From: Microcoleus sp.
GTDB taxonomy: Bacteria; Cyanobacteriota; Cyanobacteriia; Cyanobacteriales; Microcoleaceae
Assembly: GCA_052279835.1 (NCBI GenBank)
Contig: CP181291.1
Location: 736,001-800,000, forward strand
DNA length: 64,000 nt
Reading direction: 5' to 3'
Shown: positions 43,069-53,713 of the stretch, piece by piece
Numbering within the stretch: the stretch's first letter is position 1
Layout of the letters: every line of letters begins with the position of its first letter
Notes under the pieces: model-generated
Database searches by the model: none
What the model was told of the DNA's origin: nothing
Seen by the model: the letters and a program-made list of their open reading frames with translations, nothing else
Made by a program: the position numbers and the translations under genes

Positions 43069-43228
43069 GTGATTCGCCTCGCAATTTTTTGTTTCAAACG
43101 TTTGAGAGTGATGGGTCATACCATACACATCATCCCAGATAACCAGGGTATTCACCCTGTACACTGTAGTATCAGTATCGGTAAAATTTTTGCAAGGCTC
43201 AAAGTATTGTGTACCTCGATGGGGAAAT

Positions 43229-43812
43229 GGGGTTTAAAACCCCGTTACTTCGGCTACGCGGTTGGGCCCGCTCCGCCAAAGGGCAGCACATCGCCCGATA
43301 GGAAGCCTTGAATTGTAAAGCTTTGTTACGCCACCAACTCTTATACGCTAGAACTTGTAGCATAATGTGGGAGGTAGAATAATGCTAGTTTTTGAATTCA
43401 AAGCCTAGGGAAAATCTAGTCAGTTGACGGCAGTAGATGAAGCAATTCGTACCACCGAGTTTGTCGGCAATAGCTGCATACGCTATTGGATGGACAACAA
43501 AAAGGTGGGTAAATACAACTTAAACAAATACTGCGCTATGTCAACGTCGGATATCTAGAAAAATAAAAGGTTCAAAAAATAGCGGCAAAGCCAGACAGAT
43601 TTTAAGTAACCGCCACCTCAAAATAAATAGGCAATCGTATTGTACCATGCAATCAAACTTGCAAGGTGCGTAGTGAGCGTCAAACGAGAAGATAGCCTAG
43701 GTCGATTTGAGAATTAAAAATATGGCTAATAATCCCTGTCTGGCTAAGTCTATTAACGACGCATCTTGATATCAGTTTCGCATCTGGCTCGAATGCTTTG
43801 GAAAGGTATTTG
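43229..43812 (+). mobile_element. tnpB: decayed IS200/IS605-family tnpB remnant
   Basis: From ATG 43382: MLVFEFKA*GKSSQLTAVDEAIRTTEFVGNSCIRYWMDNKKVGKYNLNKYCA; after an internal deletion QRRISRKIKGSKN.GKARQIL..RHLKI and LRIKNM..NPCLAKSINDAS*YQFRIWLECFGKVF; GGGGTTTAAAACCCC hairpin upstream; stops and frameshifts. Confidence 0.8.
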
Positions 43813-43999
43813 AGAGTTGGAAAAATCTCAAATAGTGGCAAAAGGTAGTAGAAAGATCGACTCTAAATCAGCAAGAGCGATGATGAATTGGGAATTTTAT
43901 TGAGTGTGCTATCTTGGGATTGTTTCGGAATGTCGGAGATTGTCCCAATTAAAAGTATCACTGTCAAGTGAAGCATGATGAATGTAGGAGTATGTCACA

Positions 44000-45685
44000 A
44001 TGCCTGAAAATTTGAGAAGCCAAGCTGTGACTGGAGGCGTACAGCGTGCGCCCAACCGGGCGATGCTGCGGGCTGTTGGTTTTGGTGATGGCGATTTCAC
44101 TAAACCGATTGTGGGAATTGCTAACGGGTACAGTACGATTACACCCTGCAATATGGGATTGAACGAACTGGCTATGCGGGCGATTGCGGCTACAAAGGAA
44201 GCGGGCGCGATGCCACAGATGTTTGGTACGATTACGATCAGCGACGGGATCTCGATGGGAACTGAAGGGATGAAATATTCTCTGGTGTCGAGAGACGTGA
44301 TTGCTGATTCTATCGAAACTGTTTGCAATGGTCAAAGTATGGACGGTGTGCTGGCTGTGGGCGGTTGCGATAAGAATATGCCGGGGGCGATGATTGCGAT
44401 CGCCCGCATGAATATTCCTGCTATTTTTGTCTACGGTGGCACCATTAAACCAGGACATTACAACGGACGGGATTTAACTGTGGTCAGCGCTTTTGAAGCT
44501 GTCGGTCAATTCAGCGCCGGCAAGATTGACGAAGAGGAACTCACCGCAGTAGAACAAAAAGCTTGTCCGGGCGCTGGTTCCTGCGGTGGAATGTTCACAG
44601 CAAATACCATGTCGAGCGCCTTTGAGGCGATGGGGATGAGTTTGCCTTATTCTTCGACAATGGCTGCTGAGGATGCTGAAAAGGCTGACAGCGCGGCAGA
44701 ATCGGCAACCGTTTTGGTGGAAGCGATTCGCCAACAGTTGCTACCTAGCCAAATTTTGACTCGTAAAGCCTTTGAAAATGCGATCGCAGTGATCATGGCA
44801 GTAGGCGGTTCAACGAATGCTGTGCTACATTTATTAGCTATTTCCAATGCGATCGGTGTGGAACTATCCCTGGACGATTTTGAAACAATTCGAGCCAAAG
44901 TACCAGTGCTGTGCGACCTCAAACCCAGCGGTAAATATGTAGCCACAGATTTGCACAAAGCCGGCGGCATTCCCCAAGTAATGAAAATGCTGCTAGAAAA
45001 AGGTTTACTCCACCCAGATGCGCTCACAATCACAGGAAAAACAGTTGCCGAAGTATTAGCAAATATTCCTGCGGAACCTCGCACCGACCAAGATGTGATT
45101 CGTCCTTGGAACAATCCACTTTACGCTCAAGGACACCTGGCAATTCTCAAAGGAAATTTGGCAACAGAGGGAGCCGTTGCTAAAATTACCGGAGTCAAGA
45201 AACCTACTATTACCGGCCCGGCGCGAGTATTTGAATCTGAAGAAAATTGTCTGGATGCTATTTTGGCAGGCAAGATTCAAGCGGGAGATGTGATTGTCAT
45301 CCGCTACGAAGGGCCAAAAGGCGGGCCTGGAATGCGGGAAATGCTAGCACCAACTTCTGCAATTATTGGCGCTGGTTTGGGTGATTCCGTAGGGTTAATT
45401 ACGGACGGCCGTTTTTCTGGCGGGACTTACGGCATGGTTGTCGGTCACGTTGCACCGGAAGCACAAGTTGGTGGCACAATTGCTCTGGTAGCAGAGGGTG
45501 ATTCAATCACAATAGATGCTCAAAATCGATTGTTGCAACTCAATGTTTCTGAGGCAGAATTGGAGCAACGACGGACTGCTTGGCAAGCTCCTGGACCGCG
45601 TTATACTAGGGGAGTTTTGGCTAAATACGCTAAGTTGGTTTCTTCTAGCAGTATTGGTGCTGTTACTGATTTAGGTTTGGGTTAA
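44000..45685 (+). CDS. ilvD: dihydroxy-acid dehydratase
   Basis: [60 protein letters not shown]. Confidence 0.97.
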   Translation: MPENLRSQAVTGGVQRAPNRAMLRAVGFGDGDFTKPIVGIANGYSTITPCNMGLNELAMRAIAATKEAGAMPQMFGTITISDGISMGTEGMKYSLVSRDVIADSIETVCNGQSMDGVLAVGGCDKNMPGAMIAIARMNIPAIFVYGGTIKPGHYNGRDLTVVSAFEAVGQFSAGKIDEEELTAVEQKACPGAGSCGGMFTANTMSSAFEAMGMSLPYSSTMAAEDAEKADSAAESATVLVEAIRQQLLPSQILTRKAFENAIAVIMAVGGSTNAVLHLLAISNAIGVELSLDDFETIRAKVPVLCDLKPSGKYVATDLHKAGGIPQVMKMLLEKGLLHPDALTITGKTVAEVLANIPAEPRTDQDVIRPWNNPLYAQGHLAILKGNLATEGAVAKITGVKKPTITGPARVFESEENCLDAILAGKIQAGDVIVIRYEGPKGGPGMREMLAPTSAIIGAGLGDSVGLITDGRFSGGTYGMVVGHVAPEAQVGGTIALVAEGDSITIDAQNRLLQLNVSEAELEQRRTAWQAPGPRYTRGVLAKYAKLVSSSSIGAVTDLGLG

Positions 45686-45689
45686 AGAA

Positions 45690-45800
45690 GGAATAGGGAA
45701 TAGGGAATAGGCAATAGGGAATAGGGAAGAAAGTCCTTGGACTTCACAATGCCCAATTCACAATACCGAATTCCCTATTCCCCATTCCCCCATTCCCAAA
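45690..45800. repeat. inverted STRR arrays (GGAATAG)n...(ATTCCCC)n between convergent genes
   Basis: Heptamer tandems with complementary arms. Confidence 0.75.
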
Positions 45801-46331
45801 TTAACTGCGCTGAGTTAAGAAGCGACTAGCCATGGAAATTGTGTCTGTAATATCTACATCGCCGTCTCCATCTGCATCTAAAAACGCATTCAAAACTGAA
45901 TTTCCCCCAGGGGCAGGATTCTGGGTATTGCTGCCGGTTTGCAGCAAATTGAGCACTAGGGGTACTAAAATCGGTATCATCGCTTGGACTGTGGAGTTAT
46001 TCAAGCCGGTTCTTTGAGCGATATCCTGAACTATTTGGGTTAACTGGTTGTTTCCGAATAAACTTTGTACTGCTTGCGGATTTGGATTTGTGCCGCTAAA
46101 TTGGTTGACAACTTGCTGTGCTTGTGCATCTCCTGATTGCGATCGCACGTCTTGTAAAGCCGATCGCACGTAGCCGCCTAAAACCGACATCGCTAACTCA
46201 GTTGTGCCCGCATCGACGCCCTGGTTGCCACTCAACTGTTCTACTGCATTCAGAATACCGCCCAACTGATTGGGACTTGCTTGTTGATTGGGATTGTCGA
46301 TCGCACTTAAAATTTGGTCAAATAGTCCCAT
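45801..46331 (-). CDS. DUF937-like protein with a C-terminal EF-hand-like loop
   Basis: MGLFDQILSAIDNPNQQAS...FLDADGDGDVDITD. Confidence 0.8.
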   Translation of the reverse strand: MGLFDQILSAIDNPNQQASPNQLGGILNAVEQLSGNQGVDAGTTELAMSVLGGYVRSALQDVRSQSGDAQAQQVVNQFSGTNPNPQAVQSLFGNNQLTQIVQDIAQRTGLNNSTVQAMIPILVPLVLNLLQTGSNTQNPAPGGNSVLNAFLDADGDGDVDITDTISMASRFLTQRS

Positions 46332-46419
46332 AATTTTGGCTCCTTACTATGATTACTCAACTATAGAAAATAAAATGTAAAAATCAAAGCATCAAGCTTT
46401 TTATTGGTCGCTCTCCCTC

Positions 46420-48063
46420 ATGTCTTTGCCACGTCTGTTAACATTAATCGCGACTATCTGCCTCACCCTGGGGCTGATTATTGGGCTGGTCAGTTCCTTA
46501 ACGGGACTTTATACTCAAGTTGCGTGGTCTGCGTCTCCCCTGCTAGCTAATTTGCTGATTTTGGCGATCGTGGTACTTTTGGGTACGCTAATATTTGCGA
46601 TTGTTTATTACTTGAATCTGCTAAAAATTCCTCAAAAAACTAAGGGAAAACGGGTGATTAAGCCCAAGGTTCCGGTGATAAAAAGTGAAGCTGCTACAGA
46701 AAATTTGAAAGCAATTCGGCAACAAGTCGATCGCATTCAAGATGAAGTAGCACGGCAAGCTTTGCTGTTAAAAGCGCGAGAAATTGAAGCTAGTATGGCT
46801 CGCGGTAGCATTCGGATAGTTGTATTCGGCACCGGTTCTGCGGGCAAAACTTCTGCGGTGAATGCCCTGGTGGGAAGGATGGCGGGACAGGTAGGCGCGC
46901 CGATGGGAACTACGGAAGTTGAAGCAACTTACACCCTCAAATTGAAAGGGATCGATCGAGAATTAGCAATTACTGATACCCCAGGCATCTTAGAAGCGGG
47001 AGTAGCGGGCACCTACAGGGAGGAGTTGGCAAGACAGTTGGCGGCGAGGGCTGATTTGATCTTATTTGTATTGGATGGCGATTTGCGAAAATCTGAATAT
47101 GAACCGCTGCGTAATTTGGCGGAAATTGGCAAAAGGTCGATCGTGGTTTTTAATAAAATTGACCTTTATCTCGACAGCGACAGAGATGAAATTCTCTCTA
47201 GACTCCGGGAACGAGTTAAGGGTTTGGTATCGGCAATGGATGTTGTGGAAATTAGCGCTAATCCTCAACCAGTCAGGCTGGAAAACGGCACAATTTTTCA
47301 GCCTGACCCGGATATTATGCCATTAATTCGGCGCGTTGCTGCGATTTTGCGAGCGGAAGGAGAAGATTTAATTGCTGATAATATTTTGTTGCAATCTCAG
47401 CACTTGGGAGACCAAGCTCGCAAGTTAATAGATGCTCAAAGGCGCCGGCAAGCTGATAAGGTAGTAGAGCGATTTCAGTGGATTGGGGCAGGAGTCATTG
47501 CAGTCACACCTTTGCCAGTGGTAGATTTACTGGCAACAGCAGCAGTTAACGCTCAAATGGTAGTAGAAATTAGCAAGATTTATGGTTGTGAATTAAATAT
47601 CGATCGTGCTAAAGAATTGGCATTCTCTCTCGCCAAAACCTTAGCTAGTTTGGGGATAGTTGAAGGTGTAATTCAAATAGTGTCAAGGGCACTTCAGTTA
47701 AGTGTAGCTGGGTTTGTACTTGGCAAGGCTATTCAAGCAGTTAGTGCGGCTTATTTAACTAGAATTGCGGGTAAAAGTTTTATTGAATATTTTCGACATG
47801 ACCAAGATTGGGGTGACGGTGGGATTGCGGAAGTAGTGCAAAGGCAGTTTCAATTAAATCGGAAAGATGAGTTTGTGAAGGCTTTTGTTAAAGATGCGAT
47901 CGCCCGCGTCGTCGAACCTTTGAATATTTATCAAAAGTCAGAAGAATCAGAATTAGAAATAGTACCAGAATTAGAATCAAAAATAGAACCGGAACCCTTG
48001 TATCGTTCCCAGGAATATGAAGATTGGGAAACTTACAGTAACAAACAAAAGGATGAGTGGTAA
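46420..48063 (+). CDS. GTP-binding protein with DUF697 (YcjF-like) domain
   Basis: N-terminal TMs, GTGSAGKTS, TDTPG, NKID, TPLPVVDLLATAAVNAQM. Confidence 0.88.
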   Translation: MSLPRLLTLIATICLTLGLIIGLVSSLTGLYTQVAWSASPLLANLLILAIVVLLGTLIFAIVYYLNLLKIPQKTKGKRVIKPKVPVIKSEAATENLKAIRQQVDRIQDEVARQALLLKAREIEASMARGSIRIVVFGTGSAGKTSAVNALVGRMAGQVGAPMGTTEVEATYTLKLKGIDRELAITDTPGILEAGVAGTYREELARQLAARADLILFVLDGDLRKSEYEPLRNLAEIGKRSIVVFNKIDLYLDSDRDEILSRLRERVKGLVSAMDVVEISANPQPVRLENGTIFQPDPDIMPLIRRVAAILRAEGEDLIADNILLQSQHLGDQARKLIDAQRRRQADKVVERFQWIGAGVIAVTPLPVVDLLATAAVNAQMVVEISKIYGCELNIDRAKELAFSLAKTLASLGIVEGVIQIVSRALQLSVAGFVLGKAIQAVSAAYLTRIAGKSFIEYFRHDQDWGDGGIAEVVQRQFQLNRKDEFVKAFVKDAIARVVEPLNIYQKSEESELEIVPELESKIEPEPLYRSQEYEDWETYSNKQKDEW

Positions 48064-48115
48064 TTGGGCATTGGTAGTTGGGTATGGGGCATGGGGCGAA
48101 GCGAAGCCGAAGGGT

Positions 48116-48422
48116 CTTCTTCCTGATTCCTAAATTTCCCCCCTTGGGGGGGGCAGGGGGGGGTGACTTCTTCCTTCTTCCTGATTCCTAAATTGGGGCT
48201 GGGGGGGGTGACTTCTTCCTTCTTCCTGATTCCTAAATTTCCCCCCTTGGGGGGGGCTGGGGGGGGTGACTTCTTCCTTCTTCCTGATTCCTAAATTTCC
48301 CCCCTTGGGGGGGGCTGGGGGGGGTGACTTCTTCCTTCTTGCTTCTTCCTAAATTTCCCCCCTTGGGGGGGGCTGGGGGGGGTGACTTCTTCCTTCTTCC
48401 TTCTTCCTTCTTCCTTCTTCCT
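48116..48422. repeat. tandem array of about 56-bp units combining TTCCTTC heptamers and a CCCCCCTTGGGGGGGG palindrome
   Basis: About 5 copies of TTCTTCCTGATTCCTAAATTTCCCCCCTTGGGGGGGGCTGGGGGGGTGAC, one internally deleted. Confidence 0.85.
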
Positions 48423-48505
48423 TTCTTAAGCGATCGCATCGAACACAATTTTGATAAGATTTAAAGTTTACAACAAAAATTATTATTGTCTGGCGGGACA
48501 AAAAG

Positions 48506-49435
48506 ATGAGCGATCGACCAATCATTCTGGGTATTGTAGGAGACAGCGCAGCAGGCAAAACCACCCTGACCAAGGGAATTGCACAAGTATTGGGACCAGA
48601 AAATGTCACCATTATTTGTACCGATGACTATCACCGCTACGACAGGACGCAGCGGGCCCAAATAGGGCTTACAGCATTGCATCCTGACTGCAATTACCTA
48701 GATATCATGCAACAGCACCTAAGTCTGTTACGTACCGGTCAAGCTATTCTCAAACCCATTTATAATCACACCACAGGTACATTTGACCCCCCGGAATACA
48801 TCAAGCCCAGCAAATTTGTGATAGTGGAAGGTTTGCTGGGTTATTCAACTCGTGCCATCCGCGATTCCTATGATGTAAAAGTGTATCTTGCTCCCCCAGA
48901 AGAACTGCGAACTCAGTGGAAAGTTAAGCGCGATATTATGAAGCGTGGCTATACTGAAGAACAGGTACTAGCAGAAATGAAAAAGCGGGAAAATGATTCC
49001 GAAGACTTTATTCGTCCCCAGCGCAAGTTTGCTGATGTTGTCGTTACTTTTTACTTACCAGAAGAGGACAATGAAGTAAATTTGAGCGTGCGTTTAGTCC
49101 TGAGACCGACCATTCCTCACCCAGATTTTACTGAGATTTTAAGCCAAGGTAGTGATAATTTTAAACCCGCCATTCGCTTAGAGCTCGATCGGGATATGGG
49201 CAAACCAGTTGATGTCTTGGAAGTAGACTCCCACGCTACTAGCGAACAGGTAAACGAACTGGAAAAGATTTTGTGTAACGAAATGCCACATTTGCGAGGC
49301 TTTTGCTCGACCGAAGGTAATTCTGAAATTGGCAAACTTGTGGGCACAACTGGCGAAGTTTTGCAAAGTTACCCCCTAGCTTTGACTCAACTTTTGATTG
49401 CTTATCACATGATAAAAGCAATTCATTTATATTAG
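48506..49435 (+). CDS. phosphoribulokinase/uridine kinase family protein (non-canonical PRK paralog)
   Basis: IILGIVGDSAAGKTT, CTDDYHRYDR, KPIYNHTTGTFDPPE, WKVKRD..KRGY, FIRPQR. Confidence 0.88.
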   Translation: MSDRPIILGIVGDSAAGKTTLTKGIAQVLGPENVTIICTDDYHRYDRTQRAQIGLTALHPDCNYLDIMQQHLSLLRTGQAILKPIYNHTTGTFDPPEYIKPSKFVIVEGLLGYSTRAIRDSYDVKVYLAPPEELRTQWKVKRDIMKRGYTEEQVLAEMKKRENDSEDFIRPQRKFADVVVTFYLPEEDNEVNLSVRLVLRPTIPHPDFTEILSQGSDNFKPAIRLELDRDMGKPVDVLEVDSHATSEQVNELEKILCNEMPHLRGFCSTEGNSEIGKLVGTTGEVLQSYPLALTQLLIAYHMIKAIHLY

Positions 49436-49441
49436 TTGTTA

Positions 49442-49488
49442 GTTATTTGCGGTGCCCTGAGCGTAGTCGAAGGGCACCGCAAATAACA
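49442..49488. repeat. palindromic repeat/terminator with CCCTGAGCGTAGTCGAAGGG core
   Basis: GTTATTTGCGGTGCCCT...AGGGCACCGCAAATAAC; related cores at about 39118 (reverse strand) and about 6766. Confidence 0.7.
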
Positions 49489-49528
49489 AATAACAAATAA
49501 CCAATAACCAATAACCAATAACCAATGA

Positions 49529-49714
49529 CTACCCTAGCCAAGTAGGGTTAGCAGTCGCTAATTGCTGAATTTGGACTGATACTGGCAATTGACTTTGGGG
49601 TGCGGGAACCATTTCGCCTCGGAAGTCCAGGAGAGTGACGAGCAGCAAATAGCCCAGTGCTAATACTATAGAAAACACGCCGGTGATAATAGCAATAATT
49701 TTTGAACGTTCCAT
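49529..49714 (-). CDS. small conserved cyanobacterial membrane protein
   Basis: MERSKIIAIITG..S..LAL.YLLLV.LLDFRGEMVPAP pattern. Confidence 0.75.
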   Translation of the reverse strand: MERSKIIAIITGVFSIVLALGYLLLVTLLDFRGEMVPAPQSQLPVSVQIQQLATANPTWLG

Positions 49715-49800
49715 ATTCAGTAATAATTAGGTACAGCTAATATAAGCTTAACATTAAAGGGAGTAATGATTACAGGACTTATGGAATAGAATATAATCAG

Positions 49801-50805
49801 GTGCTACTTATTTATATGACGAAAATGGAACCTCTTATAGATGCGCCAAATCCCATCGAGATGCCCGTCGCAGCCCCTGTTGTGGAAACATTTAATCTGG
49901 GGAAGTTCTACCGTACAGGCTTCTGGATGAACCAAAAAATTGAATCGCTGAAAAATTGTACTCTCACTGTCACTGAGGGCGAAACTTTCGGGCTGTTAGG
50001 ACAAAATGGGGCGGGGAAAACTACCCTGCTGAAAACTTTGCTGGGTATAGTGCGGCCTACTTCTGGTAGGGCGCTGTTGTTGGGGAGGCCTTTGGGCGAT
50101 CGCGCGGTGAAGCAACGAGTTGGCTATTTGCCAGAAAATCCCTATTTTTATGATTATCTCACGGGCTGGGAATTTCTGCAATTTGCAGCGGGTTTGTTTC
50201 AAATTCCGCCCTCGATTCAGCGACAGCGAATTCCGCATTTGCTAGACTTAGTTGGGCTAGCTCAATCGGCCGCCATCAAAAAGCAATTGCGACAATATTC
50301 TAAGGGTATGCTGCAACGAATTGGCATGGCTCAAGCTTTGATTAATAATCCAGAGGTGGTATTTTTAGATGAGCCGATGTCGGGTTTAGATCCGATGGGA
50401 CGCTATCAGATGCGGGAGATCATTTTATCGCTGAAAAGTCAAGGAAAAACGATTTTCTTTAATTCTCATATACTTTCAGATGTGGAGAAGATTTGCGATC
50501 GCGTGGCAATTTTGGCCAGAGGTGAGTTAATCTGTATTGGGGCGATCGATGAACTATTGGGTAATACTAAAACTTACCGGGTTGAAGGTAGGGGCGGTCA
50601 TTTGAATATCCTGAAAAAATGGATACCGGATCTGGAAGTTGATAATGATGTGTGGTACGGTCATTTGCAGGGCGATGCGAAGCAGTTTATGTCTAGTCTG
50701 AGTGCTACGGGAGGGCAGTTGATTGGCATGAATTTGGCTAAGCCTAGTTTGGAAGAGTTTTTTATGCAGCAACTGGAAGAAAGAGGGATTTATTCGAGTA
50801 GTTGA
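49801..50805 (+). CDS. ABC transporter ATP-binding protein (start likely ATG 49816 or 49825)
   Basis: GQNGAGKTT, YSKGMLQR, FLDEPMSGLDP, NSH. Confidence 0.92.
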   Translation: MLLIYMTKMEPLIDAPNPIEMPVAAPVVETFNLGKFYRTGFWMNQKIESLKNCTLTVTEGETFGLLGQNGAGKTTLLKTLLGIVRPTSGRALLLGRPLGDRAVKQRVGYLPENPYFYDYLTGWEFLQFAAGLFQIPPSIQRQRIPHLLDLVGLAQSAAIKKQLRQYSKGMLQRIGMAQALINNPEVVFLDEPMSGLDPMGRYQMREIILSLKSQGKTIFFNSHILSDVEKICDRVAILARGELICIGAIDELLGNTKTYRVEGRGGHLNILKKWIPDLEVDNDVWYGHLQGDAKQFMSSLSATGGQLIGMNLAKPSLEEFFMQQLEERGIYSSS

Positions 50806-51021
50806 AGTTGATAAAGTCGATGGTTGAAAATATGTTGTTGAAACCAAGAAAACCCGGCGGTTGAAACCGCGTCTACACAAACAATGTCCGCCTGCGCGGA
50901 CTAGATAAACGGGCTATGGGGCCCGTTTGAGTGGGGCAAGACTTCGATCGCAATTGTTCCAGTAATGCGATCAGGATTTATTTGACTCATATCAACCTCG
51001 CTACTCTATCAAGAAAAATTG

Positions 51022-51744
51022 CTAAATTGTATCAGGGTCAATATTTAATTCTCGCAGTTTTGCCGCTAGGCGATCGGCACGTTGTGTCTGTTGTTCAGCA
51101 CGTTGTGCCTCTTGTGTGGCACGTTGTGTCTCTGTTTGAGCCACCTCTTCCGGGCTGGGAATCAGTTCTCCTGCTGTTGTGAACAAACGCAATTTTTGGT
51201 CATGTATTCCCAGATATAAATCTAGTTGTTGACTGAACAAATGTCCTTGGGAATTTGGTTCCAGCGGTTGGTATTCGCCATCGACTAAATGAAACCCAGC
51301 CAATTCTAAATTATACGGATTGAACCAGAAATAATCATGGGTGCGAAACGTATTTTGATAAAGTAGTTTCTTGAAACCTTTATCAATTGCCGCTGTTGTT
51401 GGCGAAAGAATTTCGACAATTACATTAGGATATTTGCCATCTTCTTCCCAAACAGCCCAACTTTTACGAGCTTTTCGTTCGGTTCCCAAAACTACAAAAA
51501 AGTCTGGGCCTCGACACAATTCAGATTTAAGCTGGCGGGGACTGTAGTAGATGGTAAGATTGCCAACAGCATAGAAGTCATTTCTATCTTGCCACAGCCA
51601 TTCTAAGCATTGCAGCAGCAGGATTATTTGTCGGAGATGAAGTTCGGTTTCCACAGGAGGTTCGTCACTATATAAGTCACCTGGGGGAAAGATAACATTT
51701 TCTTGGATGTCTTGGGAAGGGGGTAGTTCTTGAACTGCTGTCAT
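51022..51744 (-). CDS. Uma2 family (PD-(D/E)XK) endonuclease
   Basis: SDEPPVETELH, GPDFFVV, YPNVIVEILSPTTA.IDK, C-terminal AERLAAKLRELNIDP-like tail. Confidence 0.92.
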   Translation of the reverse strand: MTAVQELPPSQDIQENVIFPPGDLYSDEPPVETELHLRQIILLLQCLEWLWQDRNDFYAVGNLTIYYSPRQLKSELCRGPDFFVVLGTERKARKSWAVWEEDGKYPNVIVEILSPTTAAIDKGFKKLLYQNTFRTHDYFWFNPYNLELAGFHLVDGEYQPLEPNSQGHLFSQQLDLYLGIHDQKLRLFTTAGELIPSPEEVAQTETQRATQEAQRAEQQTQRADRLAAKLRELNIDPDTI

Positions 51745-51863
51745 GACTCTTGGGTAGGGGTTAAGAGGCTTGGTATTTATTTTAGCGTTGGAGTGCGATC
51801 GCTATTGATAATTTTAACATTATAATGTCAAGCCGACAGTCTTTTTTGTTGGTATCGAAGTCT

Positions 51864-52061
51864 AGATCCCCCCTAACCCCCCTTAATAAGGGGGGGACAA
51901 GAGTATTTGTCTTTCGTCCCCCTCTTCTTACCTTAATAAGGGGGGGACAAGACTATTTTTCTTTCGTCCCCCTTCCTCCATTCCCCCCTTGGGGGGGGCT
52001 GGGGGGGGTCGTCCTTCGCGCCTTCGCGGTTAAATCATTCCTATACAACCGGAATAGATAT
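51864..52061. repeat. cluster of REP-like palindromes and a MITE end
   Basis: CCCCCTTAATAAGGGGGG (twice, one partial), CCCCCTTGGGGGGGG, and the GGTTAAATCATTCCTATACAACCGGAATAGATAT end also seen at about 6910. Confidence 0.65.
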
Positions 52062-53662
52062 TATTTCCGTGCTTCCGCTAACAAGGGTAACTCTATATTT
52101 CCACACACCAACTCTGCACAATTCCACTGCCGCAAATATTCACAAACTTCAGAAATAATCGCATTTGCCGCATCTAATTTTCCAGCCTGATGCGCGTGAT
52201 AATGCGCTCTGATTAACGGCTGAATATCCTCAATATCTTGCCATTCCGATTTTGGTTTGAGGGGAATGCTGATATAATAATTATAGGCTTGGCTGTGGGC
52301 GGTACGGAGATGTTCGGGATGGTGATTTAGCAGATGTTCGCCCTTTTCTCGGACTAGGGGATGCAACTGATAGGATTTGAGATGGCGATCGTAATATAGT
52401 AATTGTCGGCGCTTCAGTGCCAGGATAATATTTTCTTTGAGTTCGTATTTGCTGACTTCAGGCATTTGAGCGCTAATCCCGGCAAAAGATAGGGGATATT
52501 CTGAGGTTTGATAGACTGAAATTCGGCCCAGACAAGTTTGCTCGCCGTCACTGAGACGCGCTATCATTTCATCAATTAATCTTTCAATATCTCGAATTAG
52601 CAACCAGTCTCTATTGTGTAAAAACATCCCGACATTTCCTTGAAACTCGGTATCGTCTCGAATCAAGGCTGCGACGAGTTGTAAGGCTTTGGGATGTCCA
52701 CAATAGCGATCGCCCATTTCGGCTAATTCCTCTGCATTTGCAGTCAGATTGAAAGATTGCAACAGGGAAATTGCAGCATCTCGCTCCAATCCGTTGAGCA
52801 GGATTTCGCGGGTGACAGTGGGCGGCAATTCGGCTAAGCTTTCGCGACTGGTGAAGATGATTTTGCTTTGATGTTCTGTTTCTAATAGTTGTTTGAATAA
52901 CCAAGCATATTCTGCACAATCGTCTGCGAAATAACCAGCCGCTTTGGCTTCTCCTGTTTTCAAAAGTGTTTCGGCGCGATCGAACACAATTAAGCAAGGT
53001 TTTTCTCTGAGGATTTTGAGCAGATTTTCGGTTTTTTTGCCACACTCATTTTCAGCGTTGACGGCGGGAGTAATGTCGCCGTTGGAGAGGGTGAATAGCA
53101 GGGAGTCAATTGTGCGATCGCACGGGGGTGCTTTGCCTGTTGCGGATTGCAAGGATTGCCAAGCGGCGCTGGTGAAGGGGGTTTTTTCGGTGTGGAGTTG
53201 GCGGATTAGTTGGCTGGCGAGGGTGGTTTTTCCGATTCCGGGTAATCCGACTATTGAGATGGCGGTGATATCGGAGTTAACGATCGTAGTTTTTAAGGTG
53301 TCGATTTCTTTGGTACGCTGTACCCAATTTCTGACGGGGGGTAAGTTTTCGGGGAGGGGGAAAGTGCGATCGGTTTGGTTGTCTGGGGGGATATCTGCGA
53401 TCGCGGCGGCAAAGAGTGGTTCTGTTTTGATATTTTTGTAGCCTTCAGCAATGTATTCCCAATTTTCTATTTCTACGGCTTTGCAAATATTGATAAAGTT
53501 CTCTCTTCTAATTCCTTTTCGGCTCCAAAAACGCTTTAAGGTGGCTTTGGAAATTAAAGCTGCAAGACACCAAGAATCCTCAGTTTTGTTCCATTCGAGG
53601 TTGCGTCGCACCATATCAATGATTTTCAATCCTTCTTCGGATGCTCTGAGCAAGCCTGCCAT
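52061..53662 (-). CDS. STAND NB-ARC ATPase with N-terminal HTH-like domain and no C-terminal repeat array
   Basis: N-terminal LRASEEGL...ISKATLKRFWSRKGIRRENFINICKAVEIENWE; Walker A GLPGIGKT, Walker B LIVFDRAE, FTSRE, GHPKAL, YQLHPLVRE. Confidence 0.88.
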   Translation of the reverse strand: MAGLLRASEEGLKIIDMVRRNLEWNKTEDSWCLAALISKATLKRFWSRKGIRRENFINICKAVEIENWEYIAEGYKNIKTEPLFAAAIADIPPDNQTDRTFPLPENLPPVRNWVQRTKEIDTLKTTIVNSDITAISIVGLPGIGKTTLASQLIRQLHTEKTPFTSAAWQSLQSATGKAPPCDRTIDSLLFTLSNGDITPAVNAENECGKKTENLLKILREKPCLIVFDRAETLLKTGEAKAAGYFADDCAEYAWLFKQLLETEHQSKIIFTSRESLAELPPTVTREILLNGLERDAAISLLQSFNLTANAEELAEMGDRYCGHPKALQLVAALIRDDTEFQGNVGMFLHNRDWLLIRDIERLIDEMIARLSDGEQTCLGRISVYQTSEYPLSFAGISAQMPEVSKYELKENIILALKRRQLLYYDRHLKSYQLHPLVREKGEHLLNHHPEHLRTAHSQAYNYYISIPLKPKSEWQDIEDIQPLIRAHYHAHQAGKLDAANAIISEVCEYLRQWNCAELVCGNIELPLLAEARK

Positions 53663-53713
53663 TGGTACTCCTCTACGGAAACTCTGCCTTAGTCAAGAAT
53701 GTTACACGATCTG

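Noticed and set aside
42242..43072. 276-aa + strand ORF
   Set aside because: Antisense shadow of the pentapeptide repeat gene
48116..48422. Possible CRISPR array
   Set aside because: Units are contiguous tandem copies with no unique spacers, and no cas genes are present
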